Source: Bugula neritina
Lineage: Eukaryota; Animalia; Bryozoa
NCBI GenBank assembly: GCA_964035545.1
Contig: OZ037765.1
Location: 3,162,001-3,226,000 of the forward strand
DNA length: 64,000 bases
Direction: 5' to 3'
The notes under the pieces were generated by a model that ran no database searches, had not been told where the DNA came from, and saw nothing but the letters and a program-made list of their open reading frames with translations. Made by a program: the position numbers and the translations under genes. Positions 14,301-29,300 of this stretch are shown piece by piece (positions within the stretch are counted from its first letter, which is position 1; the number at the start of each line of letters is the position of its first letter).

Positions 14301-17300
14301 TAAAATGTTGTCTGCTAATAAAAATGATAACTTATTGTTAATTACTAAGCAAATTACTTAATAATTACAATAGCCACATTTTCAGATGCCAAAACTTTGA
14401 CTTTTAGTACTATGATTAAGAAAACTCAATTATATAAAATCATAGACCATAGAAGGTAAAAAAAATGGGATCATTTAAATTGAAGTTAAATGGTTAGTAA
14501 AACTTACTTTCACTAGCTATTTGCTGCTTAATTTCAAGCCTAACAATCTTGTATGTTTATAAATAATCTGCAAGACAGCTATTAATTTTATATAAGCTGT
14601 TAAGCTAAGAAATTAAAATTGATTATCATTTACATCAATTTACTCCACGCTAAAAGATTTGCTGCTTATAGTTTATAGCTGGTGTTAATTTTTAGACTGC
14701 AACAATTTTGTTTTTTGACAGCAGTAGCTTTATTCACTTTTTATGGGTGCACAAATTGTATCGATCTGAATGTGAAAAGAACACCCCAAGCGTTGTATTC
14801 CTATTAGTATTAGCCTCAAACGTTGCTTATTCTATACATACAATATGTATTGTATTCACAACAAACATCATTTAAATGCTATTTACTACTAAGGTGAAAC
14901 TATAAGGGGGGGGGGGGAGGGTTATAGTTTAATATTATTTACTACTTAGGATTGTAAAATATTTGGGTAAAACTATTCATTACTGAATAAACTATGGCCA
15001 ACAATAATGGTACAAATGATATAAAACACATTTAAGCAAAAAAATCACTTTCCCTGAGTTACACAAAACCAGCCTTAAAATTTAGGAAAGTGTTATATAA
15101 TTATTGTGATTTTGATCATTTGACTTTCTATGCTAAAATGCATTAAACTTTCTATTACAAAAGATAAAGTATTTGACTTCCTATACTACAAGTTAAAGGG
15201 AGATTGTTCAGACTACTCCCTACACAGCATACTATTAAGGACTACCAACACATTCTACTGTCTATGACCTCACCTCAGCCAACATACGCATGGTGTCTGT
15301 CTCCAACAGGTTACTTATCACCTGCTCCTTCTGATTGGCCGGTGAATCTATGCCGGTTTTCTCCGGAACAGTCCATGGATCTTCTTTTTGAGTTGCTGTC
15401 TTAGTCCGACTGTAACATGTGAAGAAATTAAAAATTATTTATGGGGGGAGGGGGGACCTAATTGACATGAAATAAACAAAAACTTGCCAACAAAAGACAA
15501 AAACATGCTACAACTTTGCGTTGACAGTATTAAAACAGATATTATTTAGGAACAATAAATTAGCAAATGTGGAGAAAAACCATAATTTACTAAGCCTCCA
15601 TACTACGTCTTTTGAATTCAAACAAATATAGTTTTTCTATATATGTAATGCCATCTAGTTATACTGATAATAACTCAGACATCATTGAGGGTCTGGTTTT
15701 GGAAGCAGTGGGAATATGTAAGTGAGGGCCATCATGAACTTCGTGTAAAGCAGATAACCTGAGATTTCAGACTACACTCACCTTGTTTTCACGGCTGACC
15801 GCACCCTCCACCTGTTATCATCATACAGGAGACAGAACTTACAGGCTACTCTGCACACGTCCCACACCTGCTGCTTACGAGCAATCTTAGCCAAGTCTGA
15901 CCAGAGGTGAGCCCTGAAATACAGTGTGAAACAGTGATTTCTCTTCTGACATTTCTGCGTTTTCTCATCATTTAAATGAACAAATACACAGAGCACTATA
16001 CAGTCAAAAAGAAACAATAATTTATGTTCCAGTAACTTAAGCACAGAGGTTTTAGTTGTAAGAATTGTCTAAAGGCACCATTCTCATTTAAGTGTGATAA
16101 CTTTTCCTATTCTCACCTATCTAATCACCTATCAGCTTTGCAACAGCTGTATAAAACAAACACCCTGGTTGTCTCACAAACAAAACAGGGCACAATGTCA
16201 TGAGAGCTCAACACCATGTCTCATGTATTACAACAAATGAACACATTGTTAAGATAATGTACGTGGATTAACTACCCCATAGAAACTTGAAATAGAGCTA
16301 GAAACACTAGTTTTGTAATGAAATAATATGAAAGAATAGGACATAGTAGCCACATCATTTCATAACTGCAGGTGTTGACAAAGAAACTGTGAGTTGCAGC
16401 AATTCCAACGTGTAATTCAACCCATGTAGTCAGGAGTTCACCTAGCACAGCAGAAACTGAATATTTAATGAAAGAAATAATTAGAAGTTTATTCATAAAA
16501 CCAAACAATAATTAGCATTGCATAAAAATGTATCAAAGTATAACAGCCACTAGAATCTACAGCTTAAAACAAATATTATAATATGGTGCTCTGTGCAATA
16601 AGCAGACAGTAATTTACCTCCAGGAATCATTTCTTAGACTATAAGATATGGCTACGTGTTAGGATAATTCATATACTGTCATGAGTAAGTATGGGAAGAT
16701 ATTGTAGCTCAAAGCCAGACGTCTGGCTTTGAGCTAATGCTCTTTGTTCAAAGTCACAGTTTAGTTTTCAGGCTAACTGTTGGAATGTATGAAAAAACGA
16801 AGCTATTTCAAGGCATATTAACTAGTTTTTATTTTTCTGTTTAGCTGGTGTAGAGTTTCAGTATTTTTTCTCTTTCTTACCAGACATTATTTGATTACTT
16901 AATCATGTTGGTAAACTTGTTTGATTTGATTACATTAGCTGACTGCAGCATGCAGATAAATTCTGCTAGTTGTTGACGGAAGTATGACAAAATTCCCCAT
17001 ATGGTTTTGACTATGAGTTTCCTATCAGTGCTGCTATTCAGTATAAAAAGATGGAATGTCTACGACAGAGTGGTAATGCTTTCAGCTGTTAATCAGCAAT
17101 GAAAGCTTAGTTTTAGCAGTGAACTAAGTATGACAGCTACAGCCAGGGATGTAGTGGTACCCATACGGTCCCATACGCCGTATGGCCTAGAAGAAAATAG
17201 ACTGTTCTAGGCCATACGCCCGTATGGGCATATTTTTGAAAGATGATTAGTGCACAGGATAGTTAGGGCATCCTCACTGAGAATATCATAAATTTTGCTC

Positions 17301-20300
17301 ACAATCTAATTTAAGTTCTTGTTATGTTAATGGCATGTGGGTGTCATGCGTGTTGCCTACTTGTGATTGTTTAGCCTGAGATTACACTATGAATACTATG
17401 CAGCTATCAACATTGCATCTTCTTATCTCTACGTGTTCACTGAAGCGCGAAGTGCTGTGCATTGGTGATTATTAAGGGAAAAATCTTTCATTTTCAGTGT
17501 ATAAATCACTAACTTGTAGAAAATCTATGAAGGCTATTGAAAAAATTGATCAAAAAATTTACCATGCATAAATTTCTCAGGTTTCCGACAGTGTTTGTTC
17601 TATTCGAATACCATGCTTTCCTGCTGAGATATTTGGCAGGGATTGAAAAATAAATTTTTCAGGTAAAATTGGCCAAAAATGGGTAGATTTTTGTCTATAA
17701 CTTTGCAAAAAAATATTGAAAACTAAAAAAAGCAGGTGCTTTGAAGAACAGGAAGATCTAAAACATGGTTTTTAAATTTTAATTCTAGCACAATTAAGTG
17801 AGGTTTTATTTGGCTGGACTGAATTCTTATAATATACCAATAATGTGGCCTCAGCAAGGCAGTGACAGCTAGAAGGTTGCCCTTATCCATCTTGTGTGAA
17901 CTTGAATTTTGTCAATAAGCAATGGAATTTGGAAAAAACCAACATGAAATCCAGAAATAAAATCAAAATGTTTTAAAGAAACAGTACCAGGTGTGTAGGA
18001 GAGGCTAATGAAAATTTATCACTGAGGTCTACAGGTACTATATCCACATTTTGGTCAAAAACCTAGCGTTATTGCATGTTAATTATCAATGCAATAAGGT
18101 TTTGCAAACTGTACACCACCATAAGTAACCTTTTATGTTTGATTGTACTAACGTCTGGCTTTACATTTAATCATCTTCTAGGTTAACACATATTAAACCT
18201 GTAAAATTTGTTCTTTTGGAGTAAATTTCCTTGATGTATCTAGTGGAAGCTCAGGGAGGGGGGGGTTATTTTAAAACCAAGTTCACATACTCTTCTTGGG
18301 TGTGCTTTATTGCGTGTAAGGAGGTGTGGCGGCATCTCCTTATGGATTAGACTAATACTCTAATAAACTCCAAATAGGTTTTCAACCAATTTCTGCTTGC
18401 CAATGAGTTATTAATTCAAATTGCTCTTTATAAGTAACCAACACACATTTTCTGATTAGCAATCTTCCTCTGTTCTGATCTATTATTCTTTTTCTGTGCA
18501 CGGCAGTGTATTAGTTATTTAAAGTAATCAGGTTGCATTTGGAAAGCACTTGTTACCTGCCTCTATCCTTCCATTTTTTTGAGATATTCAGCAATTTTTC
18601 TGTACAGGTTGGACTTGGTGTCAGAACAAACCTAACTGCAGTTTAGTTAGACTACATTACATTACATTACAGTCAACAGGTATGGGACAAGATTAAATAT
18701 TTATATAGTTTGCAGCAATGCCCAGTCGTCATGTAGCTGGTATGGTATGAAAACAATAGCGAGGTGCACATTTCAACACAGAAGTTTTTCAGAAGAATTA
18801 GAGTTCACAATGGCTTTAAATTGCATAAATTTGCATCAGAAGCGCTCTGAGGGCTTCAGCGACCGGGGCGCTGCCCCGGACCCCGCCGGGGGCCTCGGCG
18901 GCCCCCTGGACCCTCGGCGGCCCCCTGGACCCCCGGCCTAGAATATTTTTGCCACTACATCCTTGGCTACAGCATATAACTACAATACTATCATAACAGT
19001 ACGACTACCTCTACACAGGTGCCACCAGTTGAATATGTGACAAGAAATCACGGGTTTGAAACGAGACGTTGGTTATACACATTATGAGACTGGTATACAA
19101 GATAATAAAAGGCTACAGTTGGGGAGGGGAGGGGGTACATGACGATAAGGGGACTACAGTTTTGGGGGTACATGGAACTCAGTCTTACCATCTCCTCTGT
19201 TTATCAAAGCCACTGCCACAAATATTGAACATTTAAAAAAAAACAAAAGCATGAAGAGACCAGTTTGTTACATGAAGAATAAAGCATGGCAACGTGTGAA
19301 AATACAAACATATATATATATATTAGTCATTTGTCAGCATTAAAACAATATCTGAATAGTTTTAAAGCGAACAAGTTGGACTCATTAGATTTCTACAAAA
19401 TCTGAATCCCTTTCTAAGCACTGAAGCTACTGTCCAGTCAATCCCCATCTTTCAATGATAAAAGAAGACTTTTGATTGGCTGAACAGTGAGTCTAACGCA
19501 AGGAAAGACATCAAACCAGTAATTAGTAAATGACTAAAACTAACCTTTCAAGGTCATTCTCAGCCCCGAGCCGCTCCAGGTGACCTGGAACCTTGGCAAT
19601 GCACTTCTGGTACTGCTGGGCCCGAGCATTCATCTGCTTTATCATCCCTTCCTGAGTCTTCTCCACATTGATAGTCGCCTTAGCCTCATTCTCACTGTCC
19701 AAGGCAATATCAAATACATCGGGGGCCAAAGCCAGCCCCACCTTGATGAGCAAGGAGCGTTTCATTCTGATACTGCCAGAATCGGAGGCTTGGGCTTGCT
19801 CTATAATCATAGTAGCGATGTCTTCTGCTCTTTCAGGCTGGTCGTACAGTGTAGCCCTAAGTTCCACCCTGTTTATAGCCATTTCCAGGCGCTCGCTGTA
19901 CATGCCCGTATCGTCCAGGAGCAAGGCTTTCTTGTAGTTCTGAAGAGCCACTTCTATCTGCTCCACGTCCTCCTCACATTTACCCAACTCCAGGTGGATC
20001 TGACACCTCAGCACCATCAACAAACTGCAGGGGAATGTCAGCAAATATAGTTTTAGACAAGTAGGTATAAACACTATAAATAAATTGAAAGGAAATCATT
20101 ATATGGAATATCTCAAACTTCACCATTTAAAACTGTACAAGAGTAATTAAAATTAAATGGAAGACATCTTTAACTCAATTTACAAATAATTTTCAGACTT
20201 AAGGTATGTACACTGGTTAACTATTACACTTGAAATACAATATTAAAAGAATATTCCTAAAACAATTGGTACGTGAAATGTACCCCAAATTCCCTTTCAT

Positions 20301-23300
20301 AAGTTCTGATATATAAGTTTAATTTCAACTTAGACACAACAGTTGTGCAATCAGTGTAACCGTTATCTTTCGTATTGGCATAAATTTGTTCAAATGAAAA
20401 TTACAAGATTAACTTTGTATCAACCAACATTTGGTTTCCTTAAGGAATTCAAAAGATTCAGATGAAATTATTTATTGATAAAACAAGCATGTTTCTAGAA
20501 AGAAAACTTTTGGAAAAAGTAGCACATAATACCCATAATGAATAGTTTTGAAATTTGAAACTGGTGCTAGTTTCAGGCTATGAGCAATAACAAACAAATC
20601 TTTTCCAACCAATATTATTTAACTGGTTTTAATTGAAGTTAGTTAGAGTTGAAATAATTGCTCAAACATAATATTTTGATTGTTTGTATAGAAATTGCCA
20701 ACATTGTTCTAAAAATAAGTGGCAAAATATCTGGGCATTATTCTAATAAATTATAAATAATTACATATCTGGAACTGGATTTACACAAAGCATTACATTC
20801 TCATTTGACAGTCACTGCGTTTCCATTATCGCATTATGCGAATGGATTTTTTCATTCGGCTAATGGAAACAGTTACATCGAATGAAACCGCAACTATAAG
20901 TTAATGCAAACCACAAACCACAAATAATCCGTACGAAGCATTCATTCGCATTATGCGCAGTCATGGAAACGCAGTGAGTTTACAAAGTATCCAGATAGAC
21001 AAAATCTAGTTGTAGTTAGAATATAACCAGAATTCAGAGTTTGCAGGTAACTTTAGGTCCCAGTGCTATGTAATATGCAGTTGCTAAACTTTAAACAGTC
21101 TTTTAACAGAAAATTGATAGACTAATTTCAAGAAAACTGCTTTACAGAGTAAGAAAATTGGTTGAAAAAGTGGCTACTTGTACCATATTTAGCACCATTA
21201 ACTGCTTGGTGACAATTGGGTGGGCTAGTGCACGTCACCAACCTTTTGATGTCCTCCAAAGCTAAGGCTATGACTTGAAGTGGCTTCCGTAAATTCTTTC
21301 TGAGATTCTTCTGTAGGAGAGGTAGCCCTAGGTTCCACAAAGTAATGCAGCCCACCTGTATAATCTTAGGATCTCCGTGGCGCACTGCATTGAGCACAGC
21401 TTCTTCACACTTCATGATGGCATGCAGACGTTTCTATAACATGTAAATCTATGACTCACCATTTCAACATAACCATATAGTATATGATATATAGTACAGT
21501 ATATAGTATAGTATATCGTATAGTACAAAATATATATAGTCTGGCAGAAAAACACCAATTTTTGACTTAGGTTCGCACTCCCGGATAAAGTTTTTTTCTC
21601 TTCTGATTATTCAAATATAGGGTCTAGGTAAATGTTTCCAGGTGGGTGTGGACTTCTTACCCTTGAGCATTTTGAGAAATTCAAGATGGCCGCTAGGCAC
21701 TAGACGATTCTTTATAATTCAAATGTATCTACCCACCGAGGCTAAATTTAAGGTTCCAATGCTTTGAAATCTTTAGAAATTAATATAATAAAGATGTATG
21801 TGCCTTTATCATGTGTATTATTGAGTAATAGGCAAATGATCCCAAGGGTAACTAAGCTAAGCCTTAATCATTCATTTTTTTTAAGTTTAACCTAGCCTTG
21901 TCGTGTTTATAATTTCCTTGCATCTCTGCATCAGTTTGTTCTAAATTCATGAAAATTTACTGTATGGGGTGATTTTATATGCTGATTACAAATATGTCCA
22001 ACAAATAAAGCTGAAAGGGGTTCTGCAAAATTGAAATGCAACGCCATTGTCATGTGTGCTAAATAGCAATTTATTTCAAACTAGCATGCCTATCAAAAAG
22101 GTTTGTTGAGCTGCCAATTTAAAAGTTATTTTCAGTTTTAAAACTTTAGCCATGTTTTTTAAAGTTAGAAAAAGGGGCCAACAACCTTAATAACACAACA
22201 CCATGACTTCTTAACATAATTTAATTGCTTTATTATTGACACATCATTTATCTAAATATTGACATTTTTGCTTTCAAAAACTCCTTCTACAATCAGCACA
22301 TATGACTTTTTCTCTAAAAACATTTGTAAACAGTTTTTTTATGAATAAGAATCTATTTTATGCTGGGGGGAAGTAATACATCCATTAGAACAGTGGTTCC
22401 CTACCTTTTTCATACCAACCTCCTTTCATAAAAGTTTACAACTAATTTCTCCACTTTAATGACCTATGTTCAGTGCAATGGAACACTAATGGTTGAAACG
22501 GATTTGGTAAAAGTATTTAATTCTACTTTTGGCAGTTTCCCCAAAATGCTAAATAAAAAAAGTCTTCCCAGAATGTACTGGGCCTGAGAATATTGGTGGG
22601 AGAGCTGTTGAAGCCAGTCTTTGATGAAAGTGTAATCACTAGCATGGAGAACCTTGAAAAGATGTTGACTAAGATTTCAGAGAGCTCAAGAACAGCAAAA
22701 CTGTGGGTCATGTGCTTTATTAGACCAATTTTTACCATCAACACCCACATCATAGCTGATAGAGAAGGAGACTGGGCCTTACACCTAGCAATGGAAGAGG
22801 AAATGTATTTATATCTGTATAGCACGTAGATCATGCCACAAGATGTAAGGATTGAATTCGTGGCTGGTAACCACACAATGCATCATAAACTCGGCCAGCT
22901 CAACGGCATCTGGTCAAACATGACCATTGAGGTGACCTTCGTGAGATTTGGCCACAGCAAGGGGGAACCATTGGCATCACCAATAAAACTGAAATTGTCA
23001 AGGTGTGGGTGTATAGCACTTCTGCATGCAACAAGATACAGTAAGGCCTCAGTGACATCAGAGATGAGTCTGAAATAAATGCTTCCACTACTCATAAGGA
23101 AGAGATGCAATCAAGAATCTAATCTGATTCAAGGAACAGAAGGTTTGTCAAAAGGAAGATTGAACTCTGCAATGTCCTACTCAAAGAAGAATGCCACCCA
23201 GCTGCTCTTGTCAATATTGAAACAGAGAAAGTCATCAGTTATTCAGCAATTATTATCGACAATATTTTTGTTATAGGTAAAGCATCTATACAAGAATTTA

Positions 23301-26300
23301 AAGTGAATTAGTCGGAGGGGTTAAATAAATCCTTGTATATCTTAAGTGAAGACAATGGTATCATTTCAAAGGCATATTAAGGTTTTTAATACCACTGTGT
23401 ATGATACTGAAGTCATATATGCCCGAACCATTGTACTCAAGCAGACCAAGAATTTGGATGCGGACTCTTTAATGGCTCATAAACTTGCAGCATTGTCACC
23501 TTCTACATTCAAGGAAACAGAAAAAATAAGAAAAACTAAGACCAAGTCAATTTTAAAAAAATCTGTGAAAATTGAGTTTTCAGAACAGTCCGCGACAAGA
23601 AGATAAGAAAATTTCCACCAAGCTGGAGGTTCTGTTATCCAAGATGGCAATAAAAACTACACTGATGTATGGATATCAGACATGGCCACTGACTCAAAGA
23701 CAAGAAGACAAGATAGGTGCAACTGAGATGAGGATGCTTCGACACATTTACAATTTAGAGTGGGAAGACCATGTAACATGTGATAATATAAGAGAGGAGG
23801 CCAAAATAAAAACCATCGCAATAGGCATGAGGAGGAAACCTCTTCAATGGTATGGACATGTGCGCAGAAGGGATAGGAAAAAGATATTATAATGGTGGCT
23901 GAGATGAAGATACAGAGAAAGAGAGGAAGGCCAAAAAAAAAGGTTAATGGATCTAATGAAGGATGAAATACTAAAATGTGGCCTTTCAGATAAAGATTTT
24001 GACGACAGAATCAGATGACACTCTCTGATAGCACTTGGTGCCCTGCAAAATCGCCACCCATCCTAGACCACAACACACTAGGTGAGAAAGTTTAAGACAA
24101 ATCTCTATAATGGACAATTTGCTGCCGTCCCATGACCTCTCAGAGTGTGATACAGTGGCAACAATGTAAAATATTGGAAAGGGAGTCATACTAAATGTCT
24201 TGGTAGAAGAAAAGTGTAATTTGGTGACACTAGGGCTTCTTTTCAGGATGACTATTCATACAAGCTACCAGGTTTATGCTATGTTGCTACCCTTATGCAA
24301 AGTGCTCTTCCATGACATCTACAAGACAAAAAGCTTAGAAAACCAAGGTCAGCAATGCTATTTGCGATGTGCCTTTAACTTATGTACTTTGCCTCCTACA
24401 GATAAAGCTATTGGACAATGTCACCAGAGCACACCTCCAGGAGCTATATGAAACTGGGGCATTAAACTTACTAGAACATTGGTAGGTGAAAAGGAATTTA
24501 ATAGAATCTCTTTTCCCAAAAAGAGTCGGAAATGATGTTGTGCTTACACCAGACAGTATTATGAAGTAGATCATTTTACTTAATTTAGTGTACACTCAAT
24601 GATTCTATATTTTGGCGATTTTTTACAATTTAGCTGCTATTGTATATAGATTTTTGCCTCAAAGTATTAAAATTTTAACAAATAAACTGAATAATTAAGG
24701 CTTTTCTAATTATGCATGATTTTCTATGTTTTTTTCCTAATTTATTAGTACATTGAGATATTATATAGACCGTGATGGTTCACAAATATATATTTAGCTC
24801 GTATGACATGACGCCGCGCTTAAATGTTGCAAGACCTCTTCCCAGTTTTTTTGCTATGCATAGTTAGAATTAGCAAATTCTATTACTCTATATAGTAAGT
24901 GTTCATGAATTTTGAGCAAACTTTAAAATTTTTGATCATAATCTGCTGATGTGTGCTAAATAAAGTAAAATGGCCCAAATTCATTAAATGCTCCTGTGGA
25001 AGCCAACAATCATGCAAAACAAGGAGATATGGCTATTCTAGTACATCTATCCCATGCACAGAGTTCTGCCCTTGTGAAGCAGTAACAGGAGTGTGCTGCA
25101 ATGAACTAACATTTCTAACAAATTCTAATGATAGAAAAAAATGAGAAAGGTGTTTAATATGAACATGAGCTAAAGTTTGTCGCATTTGTATGGTTATATA
25201 TATATGTTCCATTTTAACTTTAGCTGAGCAATATGCCTCTGTTTCTCTTTTTCACTTTCTATTCACTGGTAATAAGCAATGTTTTTCTTAATATATCTGT
25301 CCAAACAATTATTTAAAAACCTTGTATCATTTCTTTGCACTATATGTGATTGTTTTATTGAAGCAATTCCGATTTTTGAGCTGAACAACATGTCTCTTGG
25401 CTCTTAACTTTGATTAATTTTGCACTGGCATGGCGCATATTCATTCTAAAAATGCATATCTATTTGAATCATCAAAAAACTTTTGTTTTTGCAACATAAT
25501 ATAGACTTTATGCCTATTAGATGACGATTTTTTCATAATTGGCGGCCATTTTGGATTTCTCGAAATGCTCAAGGGTGGTGGGTCCACACCCACCTGGAAA
25601 CATTTACCTGGACCCTCAAGATAAATAATCAAGAGAGAAAAAAACTTTATCCGAGATTGCAAACCTAACCCCCAGTTCTGCCAGACTAATACTATGCTAT
25701 ATTGTATAGTGTAGCATATTGTATATAGCATAGTATATAGCATAGTAAACAATAAAGTATAGTATAGTATAAAGCATAGTATATATAGTATGATATAAAA
25801 TACAGTATATAGTATAGTATATACTATACAGTACAGTATAAAACACAGTATATAGCGAATAATAATTAGTTCCTCACAGCAACCTAGCAAGCAAAACTGA
25901 CGCCATCTCATAACCTGAAGGTGATGATAAATAAGCTCAAGTTAATGGTAAGCTGTCCTGGCATATTTAAGTTACAATGGTGTGGCTAAACTCTTTCCCC
26001 TCTCTCTATAACATCAGCTGATTCTACACAGCTTTTCAGAACCAGTGAGATAAAATTCTCATATAAACTCAACACGTTTTTAAATAAGTGACGTTTACTA
26101 TCAATCAGTACTCTGCCATTCTCCAATGTCAAAATTGAATCAACTGGTTTTCAGGTTGAAATGTGAGAAGACAACTCCATATTTTATACGGGTAAAATTT
26201 TACTTACACTAGCACAATTATCTATACTTCATATTTTACTAGAATTAGTACATCACCAGGTTAAAGAGAAAACAAGCCTTATACTACAATAATCGCATGA

Positions 26301-29300
26301 GCAGCTCTCATTTAATTGGAGGGAACCATTTAGGTGCAGTAAATTCAAAATAAAACCAAGTATAAAACTTACTACTTTGAAATGAAAGTAAAATCAAAAT
26401 GATTTATTGGCCAAAATGCTTCAATTTTTTCCATGATTTTTCATTTCAAGCACTGATTGAAATTTTCGAAAAGCTCATACACTTTTCATCTAACACACAG
26501 TTTTGCCATTTTTTTAGTAACTCGGGAAACATGGACATTTAGAAGACTGAATGACAAGGTGATGGGTGTGGTTAAACAAGAAATGGGTGTGACTATACAT
26601 GAAATGGGCGGAGTTATACACAGCAAATATACCTGCACATTCTCACTGCTGTAGATATCCCCTTCAACAAGTTTCACACTCAGCATAGCCTCTAAAAACT
26701 CGACCTCAAGCAGAAATCCTTTGTCCTAGAAAATATGTAGTAGTAAATGAAAGATAGAACAGCTAATAGGAGTTCATTTTACAAGGCCTATGTCTGAATG
26801 ACTACAGCAATTTGTCAGTCACACTAATACTTCCTTTTATATTATAAAGAATGGTTTTACTTAATAATTTTCTTTTATAATTGAGAGGGCACAACTCTCA
26901 ACCCCACTACTATTACAACTGTAATATCATTATAAGGTATTTAATATACTATTGAGATGAATAATCACTTTAATTACGCAGTTGGTTCTCATCTGATCAA
27001 CACAAATAGCAACTACATGAGCCAAGTTCAACTCCAGACCAATACGAGCTAAATCCAGCAGCAAATATGACCTGCAACAAACAATAACAAATAAATAAAA
27101 GTATCATAAATAAAAAAACCTTAATAGTAAATACCAAACTATAGTATTATAAATAAAACTAGTCAAGAAAGTAAAATACTATAAATAATAAGTAAAACTT
27201 AGAAAACTTAGATACAAAATATTGAGGTTCAAATAATATTATACAGTAATTTAATTTTAAAAGACTATTAAAAATGATGACTTTAACGTCAACTTAGTGT
27301 AATAATTTCATAGTAAAGAATGCAGAACTAATAAAATAAAACTAACAACTTTATGATGCACAGTTTCCCTTGTATCTTAATATAACCAAATAAAAGTTGT
27401 CTCCTCTATTTAACTTGATTCAGTCAACTTAGCTGCAATGCTATAAACTAACTTGTCTGTGCTTTCAATTGGCAGTTTTCGTAGAGGAGGGACAACTGGA
27501 GTTGCTGCCGCTGCCGTTCTTTTAGTCTTTACTGGACTTTTCCTGAAACACACAATATCGTAGCCGATGAAGTCACTCTATTGAACTGGCATGTAATAGC
27601 AGGTGCTCTTTCCAATATGACATATGCCAAACTAGGTGACAAAAAGAACACAAGCTGGTGCAAAGCAATTGACACACGCATAACGCCATGCAACGCCACA
27701 TAAGCATGCCCAGAATAACAACAATATAGACTGAGAGCCAGAATGGTGACAATATAGACTGAGAGCAGAGGTCACATGACAACGATGACAGTGGGGGGAT
27801 ACCTTGAATACATCCTTCTTGAGACGGACAAAGGACTTACTCTACTGAAAATTGACAAAATAAAATCTCACATAAAACATGTGGGTCTGGCATAGGTCCA
27901 TATAAGTGATCGAAATTAAATTTTAAGTCTTGGGCCAGTGTTAGTATTTCTGGAGCATATGATACCTGATTAGTGCAAAGGTTTACTAGCATTGCACTGT
28001 TTTAAATAAGCTTTCAGCAAAATACACAGCAGATAGCAAAATCTCTGAACAGCAAAGGAGTTTCACTAGGATATCTAATTGTAACAACTTTGGCTGTTTT
28101 AGTAAATTTATTTATTTCTTTTATTGAATCTATGTTCTTTAGTTTGGGGCGTGGTTGGACCGTACCGACTATGAAACCACAAACCAGTATTACAGCACTT
28201 TCTAAAACAGCCAAAATCGTGCATAAATCTAAGAGTCTACAGATGCAATGGCGTGTGTGATGAATCACATTCTGTCGTTAGAAGTCAAACAGTTTACCAT
28301 CTAGACACGAGGTCAGCGGATCTGTTCTCGGCAGACTTCCTGCCGTCTTTCTCGGAGGAACTAAGAGCCCAGAATGACAGAATGTCTAGTTGAGGATTTA
28401 ATTGCGCAAAATCACAAGCATTATGAGAAATGAAATACTGATGGCAAAACATAGTCAGCCCGTAATAATTTTCCATACGTTATTTATGAAAAAACTTCGT
28501 TGTTAAAATTGTTAAAACAGTTTTGAATATTTATTCAAATAAGAGTTGTCTCCTCACAAGAAACTGCTCTTGTTTTCCATCATTACTTTCTAGAAGTATT
28601 ACTTGCTTCAAATTAGAAAAAAGCATTGTATTTCCAATTAAAATTGATAATATGAAGCAACATTCACTCAAGCTAAAACAGCGAGTCATAAAATCATTGA
28701 CAGACATTATAAGAAGAGAACAAAGCGAGGTAAACATAGAGCATTGTTGGAGACATTTCAACTCCTCATGTTTCAATTTTGACTTATATCTACACACAGA
28801 AGCTAAAAGGACCAAAATAAATCATTCTAGTAAAATTCATCTAAATATTTCATATATAGAATTACTTTTCAATAATAATTAACTAAGCATTTCAAAGTAA
28901 ATAATAATAAAGTTAGCTAACAGAGAAAATGCAGGAAAAGATGCAAATTATGCAGAAATCATAAAATGTGTGATGAAACACGTAAATAACAGAATACAGT
29001 ACAACTAAACAAATGACTCACTCAGATGTTGACAGATCTGTTGATTCAGTGTCTCTAAAGTCATGAATTACCATCAAATTTATCAACATGAAAAATATTA
29101 AAATTTAAACATTTAAATAGTAGTGGAGAGGCAGTGACAAGCCTATAGTTGAGTTCATAGGAGTAAAAATAGTCAGAACTTACGGGGCGCCACTAGAGTC
29201 CTCCTTCTCCCTGTTAGGGGTCTGAGGTCTGGCTTTCCCTTTCTTTCCGGAACTTGGTAGAAGGTTCTCGGGAATATCAAGATTTACCTCTCCTTGGACC

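Noticed and set aside
19580-20050. Plus-strand ORFs overlapping CFAP46 and HYOU1 exons (also 13719-14045, 52836-53057, 53452-53670)
   Set aside because: Antisense shadows of real coding exons, with no independent splice or homology support.
25441-25911. 156-aa hydrophobic minus-strand ORF
   Set aside because: It spans the pentanucleotide microsatellite and the transposon TIR; the hydrophobicity comes from the repeat.
28523-28882. 119-aa intronic ORF, and similar AT-rich ORFs at 29876-30307, 39222-39527 and 47262-47573
   Set aside because: No recognisable motifs, AT-driven composition and no splice context; likely chance ORFs.
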